Origin: Felis catus
Taxonomy: Eukaryota
Direction: 5' to 3'
Assembly: GCF_018350175.1 (NCBI RefSeq)
Contig: NC_058368.1
Span: forward strand, 21,640,001-21,704,000
DNA length: 64,000 bases
Shown: positions 26,192 through 38,501 of the stretch, one piece after another
Numbering within the stretch: position 1 is the first letter of the stretch
Layout: each line of letters starts with the position of its first letter
Made by a program: the position numbers and the translations under genes
Notes under the pieces: model-generated
Databases searched by the model: none
What the model saw: the letters and a program-made list of their open reading frames with translations, nothing else
What the model was told of the DNA's origin: nothing

Positions 26192-26227
26192 GTGCTCACT
26201 TCAGCAGCGCATATACCAAAATTGGAA
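26192..26227 (+). pseudogene. 3'-truncated (tailless) U6 snRNA retropseudogene
   Basis: GTGCTCACTTCAGCAGCGCATATACCAAAATTGGAA matches U6 nt 1-36 at 32/36. Flanked by direct repeat TTGGAAAATTTCTATT. Confidence 0.85.
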
Positions 26228-27271
26228 AATTTCTATTGTACGTTTTACTTGGTGATTATTAATATATTGGCAATGTTGATTGTAAGGGGCAGAGCAATTT
26301 GAAAAAGGGAAAAATTTGTTCCTGGAACTCTACTCTTACTGCAAGATTCAGTTCTCTAGGCATTTTCCAATCTAGGGAATCACAAATTCCCCGAGTAGCA
26401 GGGACACAGGAGTATGTTTATAATCAAAGTAATTAACAAAACTGTTTTGATTTCTACTTTCAGGTATCTCCTGCCTCCAGTCATCTGGTTTTTCATAAAT
26501 GGCTTTAGAGCTGAATATTTACAAACTGGAGTCTTTAATGTTCAATATTCATAAACAGCCTATGCCTCCAACAAACAGTGATACGAAAACAAAACATAAA
26601 TGCCTACTTAATAGAACTCTAGATGATAGCCCTTCCTTGTCTGACCTCTGGATTTATGGTTCGTCAGGCTAGGCTGTCTCCCAGACCGGCTAATTTGACT
26701 GTAAAGTCTCTTTTCAGTAGAGACCAGTTTTCTTGCACTAGTTTAATTCTTTCTTAGTCGCCAGTCTACCTAGACTTTTCTTCTTTCTCTTTCAATTGAT
26801 TACAACTTCACTGTCCTGTGGAAATCTCTTTGTTTACTGCTGTGGAAATCCAGGGGGGCCAGAACCGGGAACATGGCTCTCAGCAACGCTGGGTCCTGCA
26901 GCAGACGGGTAAACTGACCAGACCTTGCATATGCCCTAACCTGAGGTTGGAACTACTCCTGCCCCCATCTCTCTGTGTGCCTACCCTCAGAAAAACAGAT
27001 TACAAATGTGGGCACCAGAATCAGATTGCCTGGACCCGATCTCCTCCTGGCCAAGCAAGAGTTACTTAACATTTTTTGGCCTCACACTCTTCATCTATAA
27101 AACAGGATAAAAATAGTTTCTATCTGATAATAGTGTTGTGAGAATTAAATGAAAATAAGGGCTTAGCATGGTTCCTGGAACATGTGTCCACTCAATGATT
27201 ATTGATTGTTATAATTATTGGTTATCATTATTCTTTAATGACCATAATCCCCTTCCTTAAGGTAATGTGAC

Positions 27272-27501
27272 TTTTTTTATTAAAAAAAAAATTTTTTTAA
27301 CGTTTATTTATTTTTGAGACAGAGAGAGACAGAGCATGAATAGGGGAGGGGCAGAGAGAGAGGGAGACACAGAATCTGAAACAGGCTCCAGGCTCTGAGC
27401 TGTCAGCACAGAGCCCGATGCGGGGCTCGAACTCACGGCCTGTGAGATCATGACCTGAGCCAAAGTCGGACACTTAACCGACTGAGCCACCCAGGCGCCC
27501 C
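27272..27501 (-). mobile_element. Can-SINE
   Basis: TSD GGTAATGTGACTTTTT. Confidence 0.94.
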
Positions 27502-28308
27502 GGTAATGTGACTTTTTTATAACATGAAGAAATACACTCTTCAGTTTTATTACACCAAAGGTTTTATGGATTCCCCTCTAGTTGGTCAGTTTCATGTTTT
27601 TTCTCTACTCAAGTTTATGTATTTTTTCAACCATCCAACCTTCATTGAAGCCCCATGATGTGCCAGGTACCATCTTAGAGATGGGGACAGAATGTTGAGG
27701 GAGACACATTTCCTCCAGATGCTCATGTTTACTGGAGAAGATAACACAGAAGCAGATCCCAAATGTAGTATTCATTCAAAGAAGTCACTTTCCAGTAAGT
27801 ATTGTTTTATCAAAACAACTTCCAGCAGGGATTGGCGCAATTGTTCTTTGTTTTCTGGTGGAGGGAGGGGCTGATGGATGTTAATAATAGGCCAGATATA
27901 CCAGACATTCCATCCACTGGAGTTCCAGTGGTTTAATAAAGTCATTCATACCCTGACGTGAATGAACTATTTCTTATCTGAGATGATAACTGAGAAAGTG
28001 AAAATTGTGGCTCGGGGGTGATTTGGTGGCCTAAAGCATTTGAGAGAGAGAGCAGAGCTGGTGCGCTGAGCAGAGTGGGAGCCTCCAGAAAATCAGAAAG
28101 CCTATGAAGAACTGACTACCCATGGAAAAAGTCAGAACACTCAGCTCCTAGTCCCTCTGCCAATTATGATTATTTACCATCTCTGGATTTCTCATTTGTG
28201 AAATAATGAGAAATAGAAATGATGCTGCTAGGCTGGATAGATGATCTCACAAGACTCAGAACTATGCCTGTACGAGGACCCTAGAGATCATCCAGTCCAA
28301 CCTGTTTC

Positions 28309-28370
28309 TTTTTTTAATTTTTTAAAAGTTTATTTATTTATTTTGCGAGAGTGCCCAAGTGGGGAAGGAG

Positions 28371-28437
<67 letters not shown>

Positions 28438-28624
28438 AGGGAGGGAGGGAGGGAGGGAGGGAGAGAGAGAAAGGGCATGCATGTGTGAGCAGGGGAAGAG
28501 AGAATCCCCTCCCACCATCAGTGCAGAGCTAGACACAGGGCTCAAACTCAGGAACCTTGAGGTCATCACCTGAGCTGAAATCAAGAGTAGGATGCTTAAC
28601 TGATTGAGCCATCCAGGTGCCCCC
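28309..28624 (-). mobile_element. Can-SINE with expanded (GA)n/(GGGA)n microsatellite, inserted in a MIR-like relic
   Basis: Long purine tract at ~28363-28474 inside the SINE body. Confidence 0.88.
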
Positions 28625-29905
28625 AATCTGCTTCTCTTACAGGTAAAGAACTTGTGACTTAAGAGACGTCAAATAACTTGCTCAAGGACACACAGCTTGT
28701 TATTTAGAGAATCAGCAAGTCATTAAACTTCTGAGACAGTGCTCATCTCTAGGGTATCATTTGGTTCTATAGGTAGGATACTGTAAACTTATAACTAAGG
28801 GCCAGGATCATGACCTTGAGACATGATGAGGTACTTACGTATATTCTGAATCGTTGAGTTACGCTTTTTATAATTACCATATGCTCACTACAATGTTAAC
28901 ATTAAGTTTATTTTATTATATTCTGATGATTTGAGAATGATATTGGAAGTATAGTGTGTCTGTCTTAGGCCTATGGGCCCATAAGTATAGAATGAAGTCA
29001 CTACATTTTCATGTATGAGTGCTCACTGGCCAGACACCAGCCCCCCTCTAGCTGTCCCCAGTTGTTTCTGAGAGTTTCTCAAGTTCTTCCTCTCTGACTT
29101 CTCAATGTACTGCCACAGTGCTGTGTCTGCTGCTACTGACTTTTGAACCAGAGCCTCAGGCTCCACCTGCCCCAGAAAGAGACGGAGATGATCATTTCAA
29201 CCATGCAGTGTTCTCAGGGGGATTAGAGATGATTTATGAACATGCCTAGCATGTAGTGGGTGTTCAGTAAATGTAAACTCTTGTTATTATTTTAGATTTC
29301 ACTACCACCAGAGTTTTCAAGACCACTGCTAGATGGTTGGGTTGATGAATTTCAATGTCATTTTCTTCAATTTTCTGTATTTGCTCTTTGCTTTAGGTGC
29401 TCTTACAGAGTAGTGAAATAGTCACGTGATTATGAGGGAAGGAAGGAGATCATTCACTGATTCATTTACTCGTTTAAAAACATGCATGAAATTCAATTAT
29501 TCTAGGCTGGGGGACACAGATATGTACAAGCTATTTCAAGGGTTTACAGGTGATTGAGAGAGATAAGACTCTACACAAATCACAGCAAATGCAAAACGGC
29601 CGGTAAATTCTTCTTTCAGAGAGGAAGATATCACTCGTGGCTGGAAAGATAGTAACAACTAACATTAATGTAACAGTTTTAAAGCACTTCCACATGCATT
29701 TTAGAACTTGAATCTCACAAAAACCCTGTGATTCAGAACCCTCATTTGCAGATGAGAAGACAGTTCAGGGAAAATAGAGTGACTTACCTATGCTTGCTCT
29801 GGTTCGAAGTCAGCCCTAGGGTCTGACTGTTCAGATTCTGAAGATCCCTCCACTGTATCATCCTAGGAAAGCTTCACGGAGAAGGTGACTTTGTGGACTG
29901 AGTAT

Positions 29906-30132
29906 TTTTTTTTTTTAATTTTTTTTTTCAACGTTTATTTATTTTTTGGGACAGAGAGAGACAGAGCATGAACGGGGGAGGGGCAGAGAGAGAGGGAGAC
30001 ACAGAATCAGAAACAGGCTCCAGGCTCTGAGCCATCAGCCCAGAGCCCGACGCGGGGCTCGAACTCCCGGACCGCGAGATCGTGACCTGGCTGAAGTCGG
30101 ACGCTTAACCGACTGCGCCACCCAGGCGCCCC
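29906..30132 (-). mobile_element. Young Can-SINE (SINEC_Fc-like)
   Basis: CpG-intact; TSD TGGACTGAGTATTT. Confidence 0.95.
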
Positions 30133-30866
30133 TATGGACTGAGTATTTAAAGGCGGACCAATTTTGACAGGTGGAGACAAGGCGAGGGCTTTCTAGGCTA
30201 AATCAAACAGCACAGATATGAAGGCGGGAAAGGTGGAGACATACTTTGGAAAGTGTGAGTGGAATATGTTAGCTGAACCATTAGCTATTTGTAGGGGAGT
30301 CAGAGATTTAAAAAACAAAAAGTGCACCGCACTGTGGCTGGATGACACAGTCTGAATCAGCAGACTGAGGAGTTTAGAAATGATTTGACAGAAGTGATGG
30401 AGGGGAAGGAGTGTGCTGAATACAGAAAGAATTAAGAAGATCTGGAGAGGTGAGTCAGATTATTGTGGAGAGCATGGAGGGGGCAGGGGGCCAATTAGGA
30501 GGCGTTAAGGTAGGCTTATGGGAGGCAAGGCAAGAAGAGCCAGATCCAAGAAGCATTGACTAGTGTATTAACATGATGACTAGGTGTGGGAGTTGAGAGA
30601 GACGCAGGGAGGAAAGATGCCTCCTAGCTTTGAATGGAGTCCCTGGCAGAAGGTGATGCCTTTATCAGTGGTGGCGTATTTGCAGAAGGAGCTGACTTAG
30701 AAGGGAAAACCGTGAGCTCCCTTTCGGATTAGCTGTGCTTGTGTTGCAGCCTGTGTATCGCCACCTGACTGTCCACTGAGAAGGTGGGTGGTGAGTCAGA
30801 GGAAGAAGGAGAGTGTGAGTGACCACCCAGGCAGAGGGCTCTTCCTTCCTGAGTCTGCTCTGCTCC

Positions 30867-30867
<1 letters not shown>

Positions 30868-30898
<31 letters not shown>
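30868..30898. repeat. Poly(C) homopolymer, 31 nt
   Basis: Direct count. Confidence 0.9.
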
Positions 30899-32177
30899 AG
30901 TTATTGTGTCTGATGACAACAATGCCTGCTATGTGGTAAACACTCAAAACACCTTTGGAAAAGAAAATCATTTAAAAGAAGACTTGTCAGGAAAAGTTTT
31001 AGGGCAAAGGAGAAAACTAGAGTGAAGGAAAAGAGGAGACAGTGCTAGCGATGGGAAGCACCAAATTTGAGTCACTGGCTCTAGTAATTTCCCAGAGATT
31101 AAGTGCTCCAAGGCCTGGTGGGAGCTGTAAGTGGTAGACACCTGGTGGAATTAAGAATATGGAGAGATTCTGGGGCCAGAGTATTGATGTTTTTTAAGTT
31201 GCTACGGGTAATGGCAAAGAGTAAAAATGACTGAGTTAGACCCAGGCAAGAGAGGCCCCTGCTCTGGACTCTGTCTTTTAGAGGACCTCACTCTGGCTCT
31301 CTTCTGCCCCCCTCCCTGCACTACCTCGTCCGTGGGGCCAAGGGGTCATGCTCACTGGAACCTGTGCTTCTAGATCCAGCCCTGGGTAACAGGTCCCTGG
31401 GATTCCCTGCTCAAATGGCCAAACCTGCTTCCAGGGCCTCCCCAGGCCTCTATCCTGGGTCTGCCTTCATGTGGCTACACAATGCCACTACTTTGCACAC
31501 TCCAGGCCTGAGCAATAGCCCAGGGCCATCTCTCTAGGTAGGTAGGGGGATGTAAATAAAGCTTTGGGGGTGAGTGGCGGAACTTGAACTTTGTGGGTAG
31601 GGGTATGCACAAATGTTCTTAAGGTCTGCTCCAGTGTAGGATGGAGCCAGGACATGGAAAAGAAAGGAAACAAAAATTGGGTGGGGGGCTGGCTTCCAGC
31701 CCGCCTTGCACCACCACATTCTGAAGCAGAAGTCCAAGAAATCGAGAAATTTAAGTTTAAACTTTAAATTCAGGCTTCTAGGTTGTAAAGAAAGTGCACA
31801 TGTCAGCATCAAGTGTTAGAATATATTTTATTTTATATAAGTTTGTAAGCTTGACTTGTAACTTCTAAATATTTAGATATGTGATATACAGACCTCCATT
31901 TGTGATCCTACCCTCATATGTTAGGAGTCTTCAGAATCAGCAGGTTATAAAGATCTCTCTGCTGTGAGCCTTGAGCTTCCTTCCCCTTTCTTGACAACCA
32001 CCACACTTTTTGGGTGAAAACTTGTTTTATTGTCTGTCTCCTCTGATAGACATGAAGCTGTGTAGAGGCAGGAACCAGGCTGTCTTGTTTACAAATATAT
32101 CCTAGTGTTAGTGCAATGACTGACACATAGTATGTACTCATGACCCATGTTTAAAATTCTAAAATGATGAAAGATTA

Positions 32178-32390
32178 GGGCGCCTGGGTGGCGCAGTTGG
32201 TTAAGCATCTGACTTCGGCTCAGGTCACGATCTTACAGTTTGTGAGTTCGAGCCCTGTTTCGGGCTCTGTGCTGGCAGTTCACAGCCTGAAGCCTGCTTC
32301 AGATTCTGTATCTCCCTCTCTCTCTGCCCCTCCCCTGCTCACACTCTGCTTGTCTCTCTCTCAAAAATAGATAAACATTTAGGAAAAATA
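32178..32390 (+). mobile_element. Can-SINE
   Basis: TSD AAAATGATGAAAGA. Confidence 0.93.
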
Positions 32391-32725
32391 AAATGATGAA
32401 AGACTTACACACTTAATGACAGCAAGTAGGGTGAAGAGAAATGATGGAAGGGGGTAAAGTTACCTTTAAAGAAAATGTCTTGATAAATCATGATAGAAAT
32501 AGAATGGCAGTCTAGATGTTTCTCTTCCAGTCAGGGAGTCTGGCAAGCACACACATCTATTGCCTTAAGAACTAGAGTTGAAGTAGTTTTTTCATTCTAA
32601 ATTTTAGGTGTTTGTTGTTGTTTCCCTTCGATGAGTAGTTGCACTAGGATCAGATACTATAAAGTGAGGGCCTGGAATTCTCAAGTGATTGATTCACTGA
32701 AGTACATTTAAAAATACAAATTAAA

Positions 32726-32932
32726 GGGGCGCCTGGGTGGCTCAGTCGGTTAAGCGACCGACCTCGGCTCAGGTCATGGTCTCTCAGTTCATGAGTTCCA
32801 GCCCGGCATCGGGCTCTGTGCTGACAGCTCAGAGCCCGGAGCCCGCTTCAGATTCTGTGTCTCCCTCCCTCTCTGCCCCTCCCCCCTTCACGCTCTGTCT
32901 CTCTCTCAAAAATAAATAAACATTAAAAAAAA
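32726..32932 (+). mobile_element. Can-SINE
   Basis: TSD AAAAATACAA. Confidence 0.93.
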
Positions 32933-33569
32933 TACAATTTGACATTTAAAAACGAAGGAAAAAACACAGCCTTTTAGTTTTCCTTGAAAAACTGAAGCTT
33001 TGGCAAGATTGGCCCACAGTGGTCTGAAGCCTTTAAATGGGCCTGTGCTTATCAACGGGCCACATCCCACCACTCAAAGCTCAAATGCCACGGACATTGT
33101 AAGGCTTCTGAATTCATGACCTCTGGACCATGGGATCTTTAAGGCCTTTATACTTTCAAAAAAGTCTTTTAATTTGTTTAGGGTTATATATCTACCAACC
33201 TTTGAATGACCTTAGTGTCATTTGAATTGTACTATAATATCGTATATCTGCTTATATCTGCCATTGATTCTGAAACGGATTAATTCACATACAATCAGAG
33301 AAACCCAACTGCTCCAGAAAGCAACTTTCTGTTAGAGTTATTGTACAAATTTCCTCTAATCATTCCTCCGATGACGCTAAGGGGAGATGCTAGCTTGAAG
33401 GAGAGTCTGCAGATCAGAATTTGACGGCTCCCTGAGAGCTGAGAAGATTGTGTGTGGCGGTGGAACAAGAGGTGCTGGGGACACGGAAATGCACAAGTGC
33501 CAGAGTGAAGGTTGCAGAACTGGGCTTGGGAGGATGATGAAGAAACCGAAAGACGACGCTGAAGTGCTA

Positions 33570-33780
33570 ATTTGTTCAAGTATTTATTGAGTATTCACGA
33601 CGTGTCAAGCCCTGTTTTGAAGCGAGGAATTCAGCAGTAAACCAACAAAAGTCCCTGCTCTCATTGAGCTTAATTCCAGTGCGGTAAGCCAGGTAGCACA
33701 CACGTAAACACATACATCCCATATGTATGTTTCGGATGGAAATAACTGCTATTTATAAAACCAAAGCAGAGCAAAGGGGC
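33570..33780 (-). mobile_element. LINE-2 3' end next to the CpG island
   Basis: CAAGTATTTATTGAGTA..GTGTCAAGCCCTGTT..CAGCAGTAAAC..AAAGTCCCTGCTCTCATTGAGCTTA. Confidence 0.68.
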
Positions 33781-34097
33781 AGCAAATGAGAGTGGCTGCT
33801 ATTCCAGGAGACCCCGAAGAATCAAGGAAGCGAAGCACAAACCATCGATCGGTTTCTAATTTCCTAGGCTGCTGAGTGCGAGGTGCACCTCCCAGGAAAC
33901 CCCGCCCCCTCCCTCCCATAGGGCGCAAGGTGCCATCTCCTGGCGAGCTCCTCCCACTTGCCCGCCCAGAGGCCGCCTTGGGGGCGGGGCATGACGCCCA
34001 GGGGCAAGGAGCGCGCTGCACCGAAAGCCGCGCGGATAGGGTTCCCGGCATTCATCCCGTTCTGTCAAGGCCAGAAGAATTACCCCCGCTGTACCTG

Positions 34098-34116
34098 GCA
34101 TGCTGGGAACTGTAGT
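34098..34116 (-). promoter_or_regulatory. ZNF143/THAP11-type composite motif
   Basis: Minus strand reads ACTACAGTTCCCAGCATGC, matching ACTACAnnTCCCA..ATGC. Confidence 0.8.
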
Positions 34117-34282
34117 TTCCGCCCGCAGCCCGGCGTGTCGGAGGAAGTAAAAGCCGTTCAATCGGCTCCATTGCTGGCACATGACTTGCATCCTCGAGGG
34201 GCTGTGGGGAGGCCTTGCTGGGGGTAGGGGCGGGGATCATCCCCAGAACGGTCCGGCAAGCGTCCAGGCTGGTGGCCGCCCC

Positions 34283-34294
34283 GGTCACGTGACC
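34283..34294. promoter_or_regulatory. Palindromic E-box GGTCACGTGACC (USF / TFEB-TFE3 CLEAR type)
   Basis: Perfect 12-bp palindrome containing GTCACGTGAC, ~250 bp upstream of the ATG. Confidence 0.75.
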
Positions 34295-34481
34295 CCAGCT
34301 TGCCGGGCGCGCGCGACTCCTCACCGCCATTCCCTCCCCGCCCAGCCCGGCAGTCGGCCTGCGCCTCCCCCGGCGCTGCTGCCACCTCGCGCTCGGAGGC
34401 GTCACGGAACGTGCTCTCCTCTCCCCCTCCCCCTCCCATCCCCTCCCGCCCTCCCCCACCTCCCCCTCCCGCGCCGAGACT

Positions 34482-34900
<419 letters not shown>

Positions 34901-37808
34901 TGAGGCGGGGTCCGCGGGCCGGCGCCTCGCGGGCCGGGGATGCTGCCACCCTGGTCCGTCGACCGCACCGCGGAGGGGGCGGCCGCGACTCGCGCCGGCT
35001 GCCCGTGCAGCCTCCCTCCCGGCACGGCCCCCTCGGTGCCTCCCGCGCTGCCGCACATGGAGCCGGCGCTGTGCCGGTCCCCGCGCATATCTTGTGCGAG
35101 CGGGGCCCAGGCGGGCGGTGGCGGCCCGCAGAGGGGGGTGGGGACCAGCCGGGTAACTGACTTGTTTGAGGGTGGTGGATGGGGGAGGGTAGGATGCGCC
35201 AGGACCATTTTCTCATATTCCAGTGCTGTCCTTTGGACCGGTCGTGCTGAGCTGTTCTAGCTCATACTCCTCTTACTGCTGGCATTTGGAGCAAGCTGGA
35301 GGTGGACAATAGTTTACCATCTATTGTGTTGAGGCTTTGGAAGAGACGTTGTTTCGACCTCCGCTCACAGGACCTGTTTTCTTAGCCTTTCTTGTAGTGG
35401 GATTGTGCATAGGATAATAATTTCTTTGACATGCTTTACAGAAATAAATCGGATACATAGGTTCATACGGCCTTGTATATCTCTCTTGCTTCAAGCTGGT
35501 AGAATTTCCAAGTGGTTGCAAAACTGTAAACATCGTGGTCACTTAGTTCGTTGCTACACAGCATGTTGCCATTGTCTCATTAAGGTGACATTAGCAGGTA
35601 CTATTTGCAAACTCGGCTTACTGAGGCAGCGCTAGAGGTCTCTCTGCAGCTACTGAAAGCATTGTAGTATACTGCACAAACTTCCCGGGAACTCTGACCT
35701 CTGGATTTGTTAGGGAGAACGTGGTTTTAAGTCCACAGCTTCCTTTTCTAATACTAGGGGACATGATTCGCAGTTTTGTAATTCTTGATAAAGGGCCAAG
35801 GTGAGGAAGATGTGCGCATTTTATCCTGTCTTAGAGAACGTGGTGGGGAAACATTCAGCGTTCTGTTTTGTAGAGAAACACAAAACTCAGGCCATTTTTC
35901 AGAGCTACAAAATTAAAACTAACTGGAACAAACCTAAGGAAATTCTGTGGAGTTCCCGTTTGAATAAGACAAATAAAGGTCATCTATCTCTACCCTGGTC
36001 ATGGTTAAATTTCTTCTGTGGGAAATACTTGTAAGCAAAAGTGAAACTTAGGAATAGCAACAAGAAATTTTGGAACTGCCTCCTTAATTGGTCCACTTGA
36101 TGATAGGAGTTAATTTTGAACTTTTTCCATCTTTCTTGAAGCTTACCACTATTATAAAGCAAAACTTACTAGTTTGAAAAATGACCATGTTGTTTGTACA
36201 GAAGAACTAACAACATTGTTTCTTCTCTTGGATATTGGTGCAGGTTTTTGTTTTCTTTTTTGCCTATGTTATTATCTGGGAACTCAGTGCTACCTAGTAA
36301 GGACTCCTGCACATAATAGGTGCACAGTAAATATTTGCTGATCATCAGAATGTAATTAATGACTTCCAGATGCATGAAAAAGAGGCATGGTTGCTCAGCC
36401 TTCAGCCTGAAAATATTGGTCACAATATTACATTTCCCAGGATACGTTAGAGTAACTAAGGCATGACATAGCAGACATTCAAATGATAGGTCTATGCGGC
36501 AGACACTATACTGGCAGCTTCATGACACTTAATTCCTTATAACGACATATGAAGTAGTTATAGCATTATCCCCACTTTACAGGAGGAAAGTACTTTAGAT
36601 GAGGAAATATGAGAGTGCTTACGTAGCGTGTACAAGGTCACAAAGTGGGTATGAGCATTCCTTCACTAATTGTTGGATGTCTGACAATGTTAGGTCTTGG
36701 GTATACAAAAGAGAATAAAATTCAGTCTGTACCTCAAGGAGTTTACAGTTCAGTGGGAATAATGGTAAAGTAAACTGATGATTACAATGCAGTACATCAA
36801 TAAGTATATTTTGAGAAAATTCTAACTTGAGGCTGAGCAGTCAAGGGAGATGTTATGGTTGATTCATAGTGGATGAATTGGAGTAAACTAATCCTGAAAG
36901 ATGAAGGAAAGTTGGCCTGGCAAAATGCAGGAAAAGGGAGGGCAAAACGAAGGGGCTTTGTAGGCTTGTGGGAGGAATAGTTGAACAGTAGTTGAAGAGT
37001 CCTGACAGAGTGCAGTAGAATTGCTGGGGATGTGACTGAAGGGTAAACTGATCAGGGATCAAACCTGGTAAGTGCCTTTGTTGTGGACTTAGGTACAGCC
37101 AACACTAGACGCTGGTTCTAATTTAGTTTTATCCATTAGAAACTGTGTCAAATCAGAAACTTACACTACAACTTAGCTTTGTGACTAAGTAGTTGTGATT
37201 ATCAGGCTGTTTCAAAACAGTGAGATGCACTCTGATGTGATATTCCTACCTTTTCACATATAGGATAGATGAAAGATAAAGCTTTGTAAAGTGTACAACC
37301 AGCTGATACACAAATAAGATGCTAGGTACAAGTATAAAATACACATTTTCTAAGGGAGTAAGTTATACCTGTTCCACTAACAGGAAGTTGTGAGTGGGGA
37401 GAGGGCTGAGGAGGAGAGCAATTTCATAGTCATTCAGTCGGGAATGGCTTTACAGAAAAGAGGTTGGTGGATTTTATAGGAAGTATGTGCTGAACTTGAA
37501 CAGGGAGCAAAAGAAATTAGTGAATAAAGACCCAGGTGAGAAAGAAGAGCAGTTAGATTAGGGAGTGAAGAGATGAGACTTCCAGATGGCCCATGGTGGT
37601 CTGAGACTATATTTGCGGCAAAGAGTTACTTGGACAGTTCCTGATAGAGAGATCTGAAGGAGTTTATTCCAGAATAAAGTGAGAAGGTACAACATGATTA
37701 GAGCAGTGGAATAAGATGACTGGCAGTAATATTTAGAATTAGTTCTGGAGGAATAATGCTCTTATCCTGAATGTCAAGAGGAATTTTCAAAAAAAAAATC
37801 AAGAGGCA

Positions 37809-38035
37809 GGGGCGCCTGGGTGGCTCAGTTGGTTAAGCGTCCGACTTCGGCTCAGGTTATGATCTCACGGTCCATGAGTTCAAGCCCCTCATCCAGCTCT
37901 GTGCTGACAGCTCAGAGTCTGGAGCCTGTTTCAGATTCTGTGTCTCCCTCTCTGTTTGACCCTCCCCTGTTCGTGCTCTGTCTCTCTCTGTCTCAAAAAT
38001 AAATAAAGGTTAAAAAAATTAAAAAATAAATTAAA
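37809..38035 (+). mobile_element. Can-SINE
   Basis: TSD AAAATCAAGA. Confidence 0.93.
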
Positions 38036-38286
38036 ATCAAGATTGGGGATGGAATGAGGATTTGAACTTCCTCCTCCTGTTCCTTTCTCTTCCTCTTCTG
38101 TGGAAAGCTCATAGTGGAGAAAGGGGATGAAAGTTATCTTGAGGTCTACAGATACAGATAGGGGAGGAGTAGTTATTCCAGATAGCAGTTTGGAGCTTGG
38201 GTAGGGGGAATGGATTTCGTAGCTAAAACTAGGGAGTACATTGTGAAAAGGAAACTTAATTTATCTTCATTTGGTCTGGAATGGGT

Positions 38287-38501
38287 GTTGTTGTTGTTGT
38301 TTTTTTAAATTGTTAATGTTTACTTTTGAGAGAGAGAGACCGAGCACGAGCAGGGAAGGGGCAGAGAGTGAGGGAGACACAGAATCTGAAGCAGGTGAGC
38401 TGTCAGCACAGAGCCTGATGCGGGGCTGGGACTCACCAACCGTGAGATTATGACCTGAGCCAAAATCAGATGCCCAACCGACTGAGCCATCCAGGCGCCC
38501 C
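38287..38501 (-). mobile_element. Can-SINE with a 10-nt internal deletion
   Basis: TSD CTGGAATGGGT; lacks the CTCCAGGCTC found in sibling copies. Confidence 0.92.
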
